A stretch of DNA of 30,856 bases from a virus (lineage: Duplodnaviria; Caudoviricetes), in IMG/VR virus record IMGVR_UViG_3300027566_000342, positions 1 to 30,856 of that record; one strand, written 5' to 3'. Position numbers and translations under genes: made by a program. The notes under the pieces were generated by a model, which saw nothing but the letters and a program-made list of their open reading frames with translations, did no database searches and was not told the DNA's origin. Shown in pieces: positions 1-10,203 of this stretch (positions within the stretch are counted from its first letter, which is position 1; every line of letters begins with the position of its first letter).

Positions 1-468
1 GTGGATGAAATAGACATACCCGAAATAACTGAAAGATATTCAGGTATAATCAATAAGGTTGTTGCAGGATACGGGGTTGGTGAATCTGAAATGAAGGTTA
101 TAATGGCAGATGTTATTTTCAGTTTAAAAACAGGTCCCGTATCACCACCAGTTACATATGAATTTGCCCAGGTTACAATTCCAATTATCAATTTTATTTA
201 TGATTATGAAAAAATTCCATGTCTTGGTGTTTTTCAGAATGCTGATGAGGTCATCAAAACAAAAGAACTCCTTGAAAAAGATGGTATAATTACTGAATTT
301 GAAAAGTTGGGTATAGTATCAGCTGAATTCCGGTATAAAGATAAGAATGTTCATTCAAGATTCACGGACATTGCGTCTTATAATAAATATTCAAAGCATA
401 AATTTTCGAAGTTAATCCAAAATGGTTACTTGATACGCCAAGAAGAAGAACCCACCTTAAACATGTAA
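1..468 (+). CDS. Hypothetical protein, probably 5'-truncated by the window edge
   Basis: Open from base 1 to TAA at 466-468; AT-rich; converges on the last tail gene; no motif confidently recognised. Confidence 0.65.
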   Translation: MDEIDIPEITERYSGIINKVVAGYGVGESEMKVIMADVIFSLKTGPVSPPVTYEFAQVTIPIINFIYDYEKIPCLGVFQNADEVIKTKELLEKDGIITEFEKLGIVSAEFRYKDKNVHSRFTDIASYNKYSKHKFSKLIQNGYLIRQEEEPTLNM

Positions 469-479
469 AATATTAAAAT

Positions 480-1253
480 TCATATAAGTTTCAGAACATC
501 ACACCAACCATCATCCACAGGGCCACTGCAAAGATGGGCACTGGTAAATCCAGTTTTTGTGTAGTTATAAAATGCTAGTGTTGATTGTTGGCTGATATGT
601 ACATGGATATAGTTTACTGGCCAGTTGGCCTGGCCAATAGGGTAGAATGATTCCATGAAGTTGTATATGCACCAGGTTCTACCACCATCTCTTTTGAAAC
701 CAACAAGTGGGGTGCTATGCTCATCACAATGGAATGCAGGCTGACCACGAATAGTCATATATGGATTCCCACCAGCCCAATACCAATCATTCCCATCTTC
801 TGATATACCGATCCATACCCCACCATAAGGATACCAGGGTTGGATTCCACGGGTGTCTTCCTGTGGCCCGAATTTCAAAACCACATTAAGTAATTCTTCC
901 GGGTACACGGGCCGGGACAGTATAATATTTGTGGCATGGTATTGGTAAGTGTCATCAGGAGGAGAATGAGGCTGTGATTCATCACCATAACCATGAGCAA
1001 TTGTCATACATTTTTTAATCGGATTCGGAGCTCCACTATGGAGGGCAACCTGGTCCCCATCCAGGGTGTGTACAATTATAACTTTATCCCCCACGGTGAT
1101 GTCGCTTTTTCCATGGGTGACCAGGTCACCATTAATAGTTTTATGAACTGCTATCAGGTCACCTACTTCTGGGCTTTCTCCAGGGCCTAGGGCTGCGGTT
1201 CCGGCCTTGGTAGGGAATATTATTACTTTATCCCCATTGTTCAAATCGGCCAT
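480..1253 (-). CDS. Putative tail-tip/receptor-binding protein
   Basis: Last gene of the tail operon. N-terminus has three short repeats (LNNGDKVIIFPT / PEVGDLIAVHKT / ITVGDKVIIVHT); C-terminal domain is aromatic-rich (W/Y/H). Confidence 0.55.
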   Translation of the reverse strand: MADLNNGDKVIIFPTKAGTAALGPGESPEVGDLIAVHKTINGDLVTHGKSDITVGDKVIIVHTLDGDQVALHSGAPNPIKKCMTIAHGYGDESQPHSPPDDTYQYHATNIILSRPVYPEELLNVVLKFGPQEDTRGIQPWYPYGGVWIGISEDGNDWYWAGGNPYMTIRGQPAFHCDEHSTPLVGFKRDGGRTWCIYNFMESFYPIGQANWPVNYIHVHISQQSTLAFYNYTKTGFTSAHLCSGPVDDGWCDVLKLI

Positions 1254-1259
1254 GGGTTT

Positions 1260-2762
1260 CTAGTCTCCTGCGTTAATGTCCCGGACGTTCTGTTTTACTC
1301 CGGTGCTAGTTGAAATATAAGTGATCCGGTCACTACTGGTACTTTTACTGGTAACTACTCCCACGTCTGATTGTATGTAGCTGACTTCTTTCCTGGCCAC
1401 GGCCTGTACAACTTCTATCTCGTTTGGAATGCTGATCACGGTTTCATCAGTGGTTAGGTTCATGGTTGTGATGTTTTCCGGACCATTGTAAGTCCAGTCC
1501 ACGACGGTGAATTTTTTGTCACTGTGATCATAGTCATCATGGAATATTATCTGTGTCCCGGGCTCGTAGAGGTTGAAACCAGCTAATACGAGTGTTCCAC
1601 TGTAGATGGGATTACTTTTTTGGTCTAATTCTTCCTGGCCTTTTGCAATGATTTCATCCCGTGTGAGATTAGTATCCGAGATTATGTCTGGTTTGATGCA
1701 TTTCCCGAACCGGTTACTGCTAGTCTCATTGGTGAGTGTGATTAGTTCCCCTGTGGATTCATCACCATAACGTACAGTTACAACATTTATTATTTCCCGG
1801 GCTGTTCCTTGAGGTTTGAAACTGATGAAGTTGTCATCGTTTTTGAAGATGTATTTTGCACCCATCCGGTCACTGTTGATTTCAAACCATCTGAGGTATC
1901 CTGAGAAGTCGATGAACCATCTTATTTTCTTCAAACCTGCTTGTTTTCGGTAAGATTCAAATAAACTGTTCAGTGCATCTTGTTTGGTGTTCCACTGGCC
2001 ACACCACCGGGTGTTGCCTATGATGTTGTTGGTGGTGATCTTTAGATCTGGTCTTAGTGGTTCCTGGCCACGTCCAATCTGAACATCTGTATCAACCAGG
2101 ATCATTTCTAAAACTTGATTATATGTGTAATCATCACCATCCAGTTCTTTACAGTCCAATTGGAATGGTTGTTTCACAAATAAACGGCCCTTATCTCTAC
2201 CGGATAACTTGTATATTGTGCCATTCGTGGAATCCCTGTTAACATCCTCAATAACACCTTTAACTACTGTGAATTCTTCTTGAGTAGTGTCATAAATGTT
2301 ATATTCGTATTCATCTCCTTCTAAGAATTTATAGGCTGGTTGGGCAACAGATAAGTTGGTTTCAAGGTTCGTGGCAGCTTCATTTATTCTCTTGGTGATT
2401 ATACTATCTTTGAGAATATTTGTTGGAGTATAGGGTGATGCGGTGACAGATAAACAATCGTATTTAGTTTCAGTATCCGTACCAGTTTCATTTGATACTG
2501 TTAAACGGATACTATAGGTTCCAACAAAGTTAAAATTAGTCCTTGGGTTCTTTGCATTGCTGAAAACCTTCCAGCCCCCGCCTAGATTGTACTCCCATAA
2601 CCAGGCATCAGGATAATTTTCAGAAGTATCTGTGAACTGAACAACCAGTGGAGTTTGACCACTGTTTTTGTCCAAGGTGAAATCTGCGATAGGTGCTGCA
2701 GGAGGGTTACTTTGGAAAGCATCTCCCTGGAAAGCTCCCTGTTGAAATCCAGGATCAGTCAT
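1260..2762 (-). CDS. PKD-domain tail protein, putative baseplate hub/Tal-like
   Basis: N-terminal PKD signature (APIADFT...PLVVQFTDTS...WLW...NP...GTYSIRLTVSNETGTDTETK), followed by a hub-like region (LSGRDKGR, WFIDFSGYLRW, INVVTVRYG, S...FG, PG..I). Confidence 0.7.
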   Translation of the reverse strand: MTDPGFQQGAFQGDAFQSNPPAAPIADFTLDKNSGQTPLVVQFTDTSENYPDAWLWEYNLGGGWKVFSNAKNPRTNFNFVGTYSIRLTVSNETGTDTETKYDCLSVTASPYTPTNILKDSIITKRINEAATNLETNLSVAQPAYKFLEGDEYEYNIYDTTQEEFTVVKGVIEDVNRDSTNGTIYKLSGRDKGRLFVKQPFQLDCKELDGDDYTYNQVLEMILVDTDVQIGRGQEPLRPDLKITTNNIIGNTRWCGQWNTKQDALNSLFESYRKQAGLKKIRWFIDFSGYLRWFEINSDRMGAKYIFKNDDNFISFKPQGTAREIINVVTVRYGDESTGELITLTNETSSNRFGKCIKPDIISDTNLTRDEIIAKGQEELDQKSNPIYSGTLVLAGFNLYEPGTQIIFHDDYDHSDKKFTVVDWTYNGPENITTMNLTTDETVISIPNEIEVVQAVARKEVSYIQSDVGVVTSKSTSSDRITYISTSTGVKQNVRDINAGD

Positions 2763-2786
2763 TTTTTACATACCTATAAAGAGTGA

Positions 2787-3257
2787 TTAATCTAATTGGA
2801 GTATAATTAAACTAGTACCTGATTTGTAGTACGTCGCTGTGTTGTTTGACTCACTTTGTCCTTTGAGTGAGATTGTGTGCGTTCCGGCTTCTAATGATAG
2901 GATAGCCTGTGTTTGTAACGCCTGGTTAACTCCTCCCTGACTTTCCCAGAAGTAACTATCATCTAGTAATGTACTGCCATTGTAAAGGTATAATCCACAT
3001 CCGTAAGCACTAACAACACTTGCTTTGGCCTTTCCCAATATTAGGAACTTATGCATTTCTGTCAAAACTATTTCTTGACTTAATAGAGTTGTTTCTGTTC
3101 CACCTCCCATTGAGGTATTAGAACTTAATCTCAGATCATAACTGTTAATGATGATTTTATGTTTAGCATTCCAGTGTGCTTGTGGTTTGATAATTCCAGG
3201 TGTTTCGTCATCTTCAACTTCACTTTCGTATTCATGATAAATTCCAGATTCAACCAT
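2787..3257 (-). CDS. Putative minor tail/fibre protein
   Basis: 156 aa in the tail operon; short N-terminal H..ES...D......P..HWN..H segment and a beta-rich C-terminal domain (LEAGTHTISLKG). Confidence 0.55.
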   Translation of the reverse strand: MVESGIYHEYESEVEDDETPGIIKPQAHWNAKHKIIINSYDLRLSSNTSMGGGTETTLLSQEIVLTEMHKFLILGKAKASVVSAYGCGLYLYNGSTLLDDSYFWESQGGVNQALQTQAILSLEAGTHTISLKGQSESNNTATYYKSGTSLIILQLD

Positions 3258-3287
3258 CTCTAATCACATCCCAAAAAAAGATTATTT

Positions 3288-4679
3288 TTATTCATAATAA
3301 TGTCCTGCAATACGCAGCCCATGCTTGATTTCAGGGGTTATCCCTGGGAGGTATTTGGATTTGTAAATTAATCCTGCTTTGATTTCAGCGTCAAGTTTTA
3401 CCTGCTCCCACAATTTAAGACTGCCCACCTCTGGAACATGTGTCTGCAAATGATGAATGATGACATAATCCAGTTTCATGGTAGAAGTTCGGTACCATCC
3501 GGCGTAGAGATATAATGTTAGTGGTGTGCTGTAATTTCTGCCAGTTGCCTCCTGGTACAATTCCCCATTATGATAGTTCTTGTAAACGTCCTTACTTTCC
3601 ATCCGCATCTCTAAAACAGTTGGATAAGTTAGTTCACGAGTTACTGTGGTACATCCGTTACTTTGGAGGTAATGAGTACCGTTACTCACATAGTAACCTA
3701 ACCAGTATGCGGGGTCCCAGCTTTGGCCTTCGTGATTAATTCCCATGGCTCTCCAATCGTTCTGACCCAGGTATTCATGTATTCCTAGTTCTAGGCTGAA
3801 TGGTGGTGTCCATGTGCCGGCGAATGTTAAAGTTCCATTGGTAAGGGTTAATATTCCATTGCTAACGCTACGAGTTCCACTGCCACTAGGCCATTTAGTG
3901 GTATCGATAGTGTCTCCCTGGAAGTCATCAAAGAAAAGGTAAACATCCAATGGATCTGAAGTGGTAGTGGCTTCTGGATTGCCAGCGTAAACTGTGATTT
4001 CGAGTGGTGTTGATGAGCCTGGTAGATAAGGGATTTTTATGATAAAAGTAGCACTGATGCCATCAGTTTTACTCCAAATGTAATATCCTAGTTCTGTTGT
4101 TCCATCGAAGAATCTTATATCACCGAAATCTGGTCGCATGACATCTTCAACGTAGGGTATTGTTATGATGGCCTCGACATTGGTAAGAGGATCCGGGGAT
4201 GTGCTGGTTACAAAGAAGTTATTTTCAACTGTGGGTGTTTCCTCGGTGTCTGGGATTTCCACGTGTAGTTTCCATTGTTTCTCTCCAGGTGTGGATGTGC
4301 TGGGTGGCTGGTATTTCACATAAAATTCTTGGATGGTATTGGAGCCTATGCTGAATTCCAATGAGGGTGTGTAGATGATGCCGTCTAGACTTAGAAAAGT
4401 TGATAGGTAAGTTTCCAGATCTAGGCCTTGTTGGTTTGTTTCAGAGGCTCTGGTGTCGATTAGTATATCTGTGCTTCCGGTTCCATAGTTTCCAACTGTG
4501 AATACTTGTATACGTGGAACCTCCCCAGGGTGGACACTTTCAAAGTGCACTTCTTCAATACTGTTACCTTGGCTGTCCATTAGTTTGAGGAATGTTCCCC
4601 GGGATTGTACTATAACAGTACCGGCCTTGGCAGTTGTGGTTGAGGTTGCAGCTGGACCGGTGATGGTTACATCAGTCAT
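3288..4679 (-). CDS. DUF2341-like domain tail protein with a lectin/ConA-like C-terminal region
   Basis: DUF2341-type motif MRPDFGDIRF...ELGYYIW...IKIP...VYAGNPEATTTS...FFDDFQG; ATGA overlap with the upstream gene at 4676-4679. Confidence 0.7.
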   Translation of the reverse strand: MTDVTITGPAATSTTTAKAGTVIVQSRGTFLKLMDSQGNSIEEVHFESVHPGEVPRIQVFTVGNYGTGSTDILIDTRASETNQQGLDLETYLSTFLSLDGIIYTPSLEFSIGSNTIQEFYVKYQPPSTSTPGEKQWKLHVEIPDTEETPTVENNFFVTSTSPDPLTNVEAIITIPYVEDVMRPDFGDIRFFDGTTELGYYIWSKTDGISATFIIKIPYLPGSSTPLEITVYAGNPEATTTSDPLDVYLFFDDFQGDTIDTTKWPSGSGTRSVSNGILTLTNGTLTFAGTWTPPFSLELGIHEYLGQNDWRAMGINHEGQSWDPAYWLGYYVSNGTHYLQSNGCTTVTRELTYPTVLEMRMESKDVYKNYHNGELYQEATGRNYSTPLTLYLYAGWYRTSTMKLDYVIIHHLQTHVPEVGSLKLWEQVKLDAEIKAGLIYKSKYLPGITPEIKHGLRIAGHYYE

Positions 4680-5125
4680 GCCTCTGCACCTACTGTATTC
4701 ACTATCAGGCCTTCGGTGCTTAATTCCAGGGTGAAGTTTCCAGCAGTATCTGTCCAGTCTTCTCCGAAATCCCAGTAACAGATTAATGGTTTGGCAGTGT
4801 CTTCAACTCCTACAGTATCCACATAGAAAACAGCGCATCGGGCTGTTATACTGCTGCTCAGCCAAGTTATGTCATTTGAATCCAATTTGATTTTTTTAGT
4901 AACTGGATCATAAGTCACTGCGCAGTTGAATAATCGCTGGCCGCCTGCAATATATCCGGTTCCGGTGACTTCATTGGTGATGTCGCTTTTGAATTCATGT
5001 TCGTCCTGGTCTGGAATATAGGAACTGGTGCAGAGCATTACTTTGATATAATCTTCTTCAAAGTTGATCTTACCCAGCCAGGCATTCTTCTCCGCATTCC
5101 CATATAATTCAGCTGTTACAGTCAT
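4676..5125 (-). CDS. Minor tail protein (about 149 aa; start revised to the ATG at 5125)
   Basis: IKVMLCTSSYIPDQD.HEF.SDITNEVTGTGY.AGG...ITARCAVFY...LICYWDFG...GNFTL resembles a widespread phage minor tail family. The ATG at 5125 forms an ATGA overlap with the upstream stop and follows GGAG. Confidence 0.7.
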   Translation of the reverse strand: MTVTAELYGNAEKNAWLGKINFEEDYIKVMLCTSSYIPDQDEHEFKSDITNEVTGTGYIAGGQRLFNCAVTYDPVTKKIKLDSNDITWLSSSITARCAVFYVDTVGVEDTAKPLICYWDFGEDWTDTAGNFTLELSTEGLIVNTVGAEA

Positions 5126-5931
5126 ATGTACTCCACCCGTACCCATTTCAACCAGGCACCATGATTAGGATTATCCGTAGGACTATGGCCAGATGTATAA
5201 GCTTCTAAAATTGTTGGTGCTGTCACAGGGTCAAAAGTAAATTTCTGCTCCTGGTCTGGATGATTTTGGTTGTCATCATGACTATAGATCCAATCCCTAC
5301 TTCCCTCAATACTACCAGGAACATAGATCGTTGCAGGTAATAGACATGCAGATCCGTAGAATGTTATAGATTTGATGGGTTTAGGTGCAGTGAGCTTCAT
5401 GTACCCAATCTCAGTTCCATAAGCCCCACTTGTTTCTACTGCGTTTTCTTTAACCCAAACTCCGTTACTTTCGTAGTACCACTCATAAAACTCTATTTCA
5501 TCATATTTGTGGTAGCCGTTGGGAGGATCTGGAGTGAAAGTGAAAACTCCTCCACCCTTTCGAACCTCATATTCAATCACCAACTCATATTCCAGGACAC
5601 TACCTGGGTTATCTCCATCATATCCATCATCGGTTTGAACAGAAACACTGTGTAATGCACATCTTTCCCAGGTAGTATCATCAGCTGTCACTGAGATTAT
5701 CTGACCATCCCGTACCTGGAGGTTAGTCCCACCATTTTCTAGAGAAGTATTAGTGATTCCTTCCGAGGAGATGGCATTAAACTGGTCCAGTTCAGTTACA
5801 GGATCTGCACCAATTTCCTCCTGGATGGCAGCACACTTCAGGGTGAGTGTTTTGTTCGACCGGTCATCCTTAAAGTCAGGTTCAACCCATGAAGGAGTTA
5901 ACCCACCAATAACCCAGTTTACATAAGCCAT
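5122..5931 (-). CDS. Putative distal tail (Dit-like) protein
   Basis: Immediately downstream of the tape measure gene, the usual Dit position; beta-rich. Assignment is from synteny only. Confidence 0.5.
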   Translation of the reverse strand: MAYVNWVIGGLTPSWVEPDFKDDRSNKTLTLKCAAIQEEIGADPVTELDQFNAISSEGITNTSLENGGTNLQVRDGQIISVTADDTTWERCALHSVSVQTDDGYDGDNPGSVLEYELVIEYEVRKGGGVFTFTPDPPNGYHKYDEIEFYEWYYESNGVWVKENAVETSGAYGTEIGYMKLTAPKPIKSITFYGSACLLPATIYVPGSIEGSRDWIYSHDDNQNHPDQEQKFTFDPVTAPTILEAYTSGHSPTDNPNHGAWLKWVRVEYI

Positions 5932-5936
5932 AAGGT

Positions 5937-8900
5937 TTATCTCCTACTGTTAATTACATGAATTCCAGCATTACTTGCCTGCCCTTGCAATTTTGCAGCA
6001 TTCATTCCTTCAACTACACCTTGCCCAAGATCCCTACCAACAGCCAACGGATCAGATCCTTCAGGAACTTTGATATCACCAGTGAACTGGACAGATATCC
6101 CTCCAGTACGGTTGTAAATTGATGTGGCAGAAGGTAATGCCGTGGATGTTACCATATTATTAAATCCAATATCTTCTAATGCAGAAGAAACCAGGCTTTT
6201 ACTACTGGATAATCCACTTATCACTCCGTCAGTGAAAGTTCCCCCAATGCTTTCACCCCAAAGGTCAATGGTTTTTAGAGGTCCTTCTTTTGGTGGTGAA
6301 GCTGATTCAAATCCCCTGAATAACCAGCCGAGTTTAGCTTCTATCCAAGATTTAGCACCTCCAAGTGCATCTCCAAGGCCACGGGTGAATTCATTGATAA
6401 TGTTCTGACCCCAGAGATACATGTTACCTGGTAGATCTATGATCCATTGAATTCCCCCCTGAACTGTTGCTACCAGGTTACCTCCCGCAGCTTGAACATT
6501 TCCAAGGGATGAATTGAATCCATTTGTAAGACCATTCCAGGAATTAGCACCATACTCATAAAGAGTTCCAGGGAGACCTCCAATCCAAGTCACGGTGTCA
6601 TTAATCGTATTTGGAACATTGTTCACAGCACCCGCAACATTTGCATAAGTAGAATTGAATCCATTGGTGAGTCCGTTCCAGGCATTTGCTCCGTAGCCAT
6701 AGAGTGTTCCTGGGAGGTTGGTAAACCAGATGGCAGTATTCCCCCATGCTCCCTGAAGATATGCGGGGGCATTTATCAGAGCATTATACATGTTCTGCCC
6801 AGTAGGTAATAGGGCAGTGTAGGCTCGTCCTGGGAATTTATACAATGTTCCCAGTGTGAGACCTGCATTATATGCGATTTGGTTAGTAGCATTATCAAAA
6901 GCAGCTGGAGCATTAGCTAGGGCAGCACCATAATCATAAGTACTCAAATAAGTGAATCCATCGGTAAATGGTTGGGTGAATGTTCTGAAATTACCATGTG
7001 ACAACTCATCCCAAGTAGTACGTGCAGCACCCTGGATCCTTCCAAAAAAGTCCCCGGCCTGATTAGCAACATCCGGTCCAAACAAATTAGACCAGGCTTG
7101 TTTTGCAGAACCCATGCCTAAAAATGAATAAAATGAGTTTATTTTATCCTCTGCATATTGAATAGCCCCACCAACAACAGGAACACCTTTGTACAAATCA
7201 AACCCATATAATTCAATGAAATTTGTTCCCACACCTTGTTCATAATAGTCCTGAGCATTATACAACTGGTCCAAACCCAGAGTGACAATTAGAAGAACAT
7301 CAGCAAGTCTACTGGCAATTTTAGGAGCACCTTTTAAAATTCCCTTGCTGATACCTTCTGGAATTAAACTTCCAACTTCTTCAGCTTTAACGGATTGACT
7401 GGATACGCGACCTATTACATCATCAGTATCTCTCCAAATGACATTACCCGCTTCATCTATGAGGGTTGCAGATTCAGACACTCCTTTACTAAACCCTTCA
7501 CCAGCAGCCCTACCGACAGTTTCACCAACATCTCCAACACCTGCTGTTTTTTCAAGCATCTTCTGGGCAACATTCTCACTGGCTTTCCCTGCTTCATCAC
7601 CCCATCCCATCCACGACTTTATCGTGTTTAGGATAGATTCACCTGCTGATTTAAAAAAATCGCCAACAGTACCTACGCCGTTCTTTAAAAATTGTATGTA
7701 TTTGCCACTCCAATTTGCAGTAAGGCCTAATTTGTCGAGTGCTTTAGTAAATAAATAGGGACCTACAGCAGCAGCAGCGAGGATTCCTGTGAACGAAAGA
7801 ACGTCTCCTCCTGTAAATCCAAGCATTATTCCAAGATCTTGAGCACTCACATAAACTTCTTCGAGGTCACTGTGTGCATCCCTTGCACTATCTGCTGTAT
7901 CAGTCAATTTACTTGAATAACTATCAAATGAACCAACAGAACTATCCACACTACTTTGAGTTAATCCAAGAGAACTATATAATTTGTTTACATCCCCATC
8001 TGCAGCGGTGACCGCACTACGCATTCCCCTCATATTTCCTGCGTACTTTTGGGATAGCGCCCCTATTACAACGGTCGATTCTTCAGCAGATAACCCCATT
8101 TCAGTTAATTTAGGCCCTAATGTTTTAGCATAACTCGCAAATCCCTCTAAACCCCCGACAACATTTGCTTGTGCGTAGCCAGCTAGACCATAATATTCTG
8201 ATAAGTTTGAAACATCTCCACCCAATGCTTTAATGTCTTTTGCAAACTGGCTTACCGCACTGCTTGATGCTCCCGTACCTTCTGCAATTTCATTCATTGC
8301 ATATGCATTTTTTTCTAACAGATCAGCGCTAACGCCTAATTGGCTTAAAGCAGTTAGATAACTATCTATATCTGATATTGGAAATGATGCACTACTTAAA
8401 GATGTTTCCATTCTTTTAAGTTCGTCTGTTGTTAATCCTGTGTAATTTGATAGTTGTTCTATGTCTTGACTCATTCCATAGATTTGTTGAGCTGCTAATT
8501 CAGCAGCAGCACCAACAGCAGCGATTGTTAATACAGCATCACCCATACTTCCAGCTATTTCATTTCCAGCCTCCACAGCACTGGTCCCTGTTTCTGTTAT
8601 CTCATTTGATGCGGTGTTAGCGTTACTTGATAGGCTTATTAATGATGATTCTGCAGGGCTGGCAGCCCCGAGACTTGAATTGATGTCTGATGAGGCGTAT
8701 GTTGCAGAATCTCCGATGGCTTGTACCGAATTGCTTGCATCATCAGCAGCTATTGCAAGCTGGGATAAACCACTATCATCTACATTTACAGCTATGGATT
8801 TATCACTTATTCCATCCATGTCAGTTTTTAATGAGTCAAGGCCGGTGTCATTAACATTCAATCCCAGTTCTACAGTTCTATCTGGAACGTCCTGGATTTT

Positions 8901-8981
8901 ACCGATAACTTCATCTAACTTGGCCAGAATATCAGAAATGTCTCCACTAATGGTAATGCCCAGGGTTTTTTCACTACTCAT
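5937..8981 (-). CDS. Tape measure protein
   Basis: 1014 aa, Ala/Gly/Ser-rich and helical, with hydrophobic stretches and Trp/Phe-spaced repeats; C-terminal SASPPKEGPL motif typical of TMP ends; GGAGGAG RBS upstream. Confidence 0.9.
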   Translation of the reverse strand: MSSEKTLGITISGDISDILAKLDEVIGKIQDVPDRTVELGLNVNDTGLDSLKTDMDGISDKSIAVNVDDSGLSQLAIAADDASNSVQAIGDSATYASSDINSSLGAASPAESSLISLSSNANTASNEITETGTSAVEAGNEIAGSMGDAVLTIAAVGAAAELAAQQIYGMSQDIEQLSNYTGLTTDELKRMETSLSSASFPISDIDSYLTALSQLGVSADLLEKNAYAMNEIAEGTGASSSAVSQFAKDIKALGGDVSNLSEYYGLAGYAQANVVGGLEGFASYAKTLGPKLTEMGLSAEESTVVIGALSQKYAGNMRGMRSAVTAADGDVNKLYSSLGLTQSSVDSSVGSFDSYSSKLTDTADSARDAHSDLEEVYVSAQDLGIMLGFTGGDVLSFTGILAAAAVGPYLFTKALDKLGLTANWSGKYIQFLKNGVGTVGDFFKSAGESILNTIKSWMGWGDEAGKASENVAQKMLEKTAGVGDVGETVGRAAGEGFSKGVSESATLIDEAGNVIWRDTDDVIGRVSSQSVKAEEVGSLIPEGISKGILKGAPKIASRLADVLLIVTLGLDQLYNAQDYYEQGVGTNFIELYGFDLYKGVPVVGGAIQYAEDKINSFYSFLGMGSAKQAWSNLFGPDVANQAGDFFGRIQGAARTTWDELSHGNFRTFTQPFTDGFTYLSTYDYGAALANAPAAFDNATNQIAYNAGLTLGTLYKFPGRAYTALLPTGQNMYNALINAPAYLQGAWGNTAIWFTNLPGTLYGYGANAWNGLTNGFNSTYANVAGAVNNVPNTINDTVTWIGGLPGTLYEYGANSWNGLTNGFNSSLGNVQAAGGNLVATVQGGIQWIIDLPGNMYLWGQNIINEFTRGLGDALGGAKSWIEAKLGWLFRGFESASPPKEGPLKTIDLWGESIGGTFTDGVISGLSSSKSLVSSALEDIGFNNMVTSTALPSATSIYNRTGGISVQFTGDIKVPEGSDPLAVGRDLGQGVVEGMNAAKLQGQASNAGIHVINSRR
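6511..6718 (-). repeat. Internal tape-measure repeat, 141 bp (47 aa) period
   Basis: LPGTLYGYGANAWNGLTNGFNS and LPGTLYEYGANSWNGLTNGFNS; GAATTGAATCCATT starts at both 6511 and 6652 on the + strand. Confidence 0.85.
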
Positions 8982-9075
8982 GAAATGAACTCCTCCAAAT
9001 TTAAAAATTGGAAACTTTTAATACTAACTAATCTAAAAAAAATAATCAGGTAACTAGGAAGAATGGGGATTAATT

Positions 9076-9621
9076 ATGGGTTATCTTATTTGTCAAAAAT
9101 GTAAAGGCTATTATAAACTTCAGCCTGGAGAAAAGCCAGAAGATTTCACAGATACTTGTGCTTGTGGTGGAAACTTACGATATGCAATAAATATGGATGT
9201 TATAAATACTGAAACCCCTCCAATTAACAACCCTAGGAATGAAAAGAAGGAATATCAAAAATCCAAAAATGAAAATAAATCAAATAAAACTGAAAATAAA
9301 GATAATAAATCTAAATTAATTTCTTGTCCTGATTGTGGCCATCAACTCAGTAAAAAAGCCAAAACCTGTCCTAACTGTGGACGCAAATTAAATTATATAG
9401 ATATACATGGCCATAGACGTAAAATGACAATACCTTTATTATTTACCATGATGGGCGGATTATTATTATTCTGTTTAATTATTTTAGGCATAGCCTTTGT
9501 TTTAAACTCAGATTTTATATTATTTGGTGATATTGGCATTTTCATTGTGGGAGTTATCATGTTATCATTGGCTTATAATGATAATAAAAAATATTTCAAA
9601 CAACTCAAACAAACAAATTGA
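9076..9621 (+). CDS. Double zinc-ribbon membrane protein (Methanobacterium-type accessory gene)
   Basis: N-terminal [23 protein letters not shown]...CACGG.L; second ribbon CPDCG...CPNCG; two C-terminal hydrophobic helices; opposite strand to the structural genes. Confidence 0.8.
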   Translation: MGYLICQKCKGYYKLQPGEKPEDFTDTCACGGNLRYAINMDVINTETPPINNPRNEKKEYQKSKNENKSNKTENKDNKSKLISCPDCGHQLSKKAKTCPNCGRKLNYIDIHGHRRKMTIPLLFTMMGGLLLFCLIILGIAFVLNSDFILFGDIGIFIVGVIMLSLAYNDNKKYFKQLKQTN

Positions 9622-9714
9622 CACATAAATTATGTAAATGCATTTCTATTTTTACTGTTTTGGTAGCCTCAGACTAATTAAATAATTATCAAAAATGAAA
9701 TTGGGGGAAATGTA

Positions 9715-10203
9715 GTGATTGAAATTTATGAATACATCAATGTTAAGAAGAGAGCTGAAGAATTAGAATGTAATATTCCTACTGAAGTGACGGTTTTACC
9801 CGTAAATTTTGAAACTGTAAAATCCAAGACTGAATTTAAATATGAATTTATGTCTATGTATGTTACTAAAGTTATGAGGAATAATGAAATTAATGAAACT
9901 CCTTTAGAAAAAGAAGGAGAATCCCGAAATACTATTACTCAATTTTCTTTAGAAAGTAATTTACCTACTTTATTTTTCGCTGCTAAATTTATTGCCATGG
10001 TAGGATGCACGATTTTACTTAATTTAATTTCAAGTTACATTCACGATAAACGCTCAAAGAAGAAAACTAAAAGTGAGGATGTTATGGAATTAAATATTGT
10101 TACAGAAACTAAGTCAGGTTCTTATAAACGAATCCATTATAAAGGTTCTGATGAACATTTGGAAGAAATTAAAAAGATAATTAGAAGTGTTTACAATGAA
10201 TAA
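9715..10203 (+). CDS. Hypothetical protein with one hydrophobic segment
   Basis: 162 aa, GTG start after GGGGG; hydrophobic stretch TLFFAAKFIAMVGCTILLNLISSYI; overlaps the next gene. Confidence 0.75.
   Translation: MIEIYEYINVKKRAEELECNIPTEVTVLPVNFETVKSKTEFKYEFMSMYVTKVMRNNEINETPLEKEGESRNTITQFSLESNLPTLFFAAKFIAMVGCTILLNLISSYIHDKRSKKKTKSEDVMELNIVTETKSGSYKRIHYKGSDEHLEEIKKIIRSVYNE

Noticed and set aside
480-1253. Possible diversity-generating retroelement target in the terminal tail gene
   Set aside because: No reverse transcriptase and no template repeat differing at adenines was found in the window.
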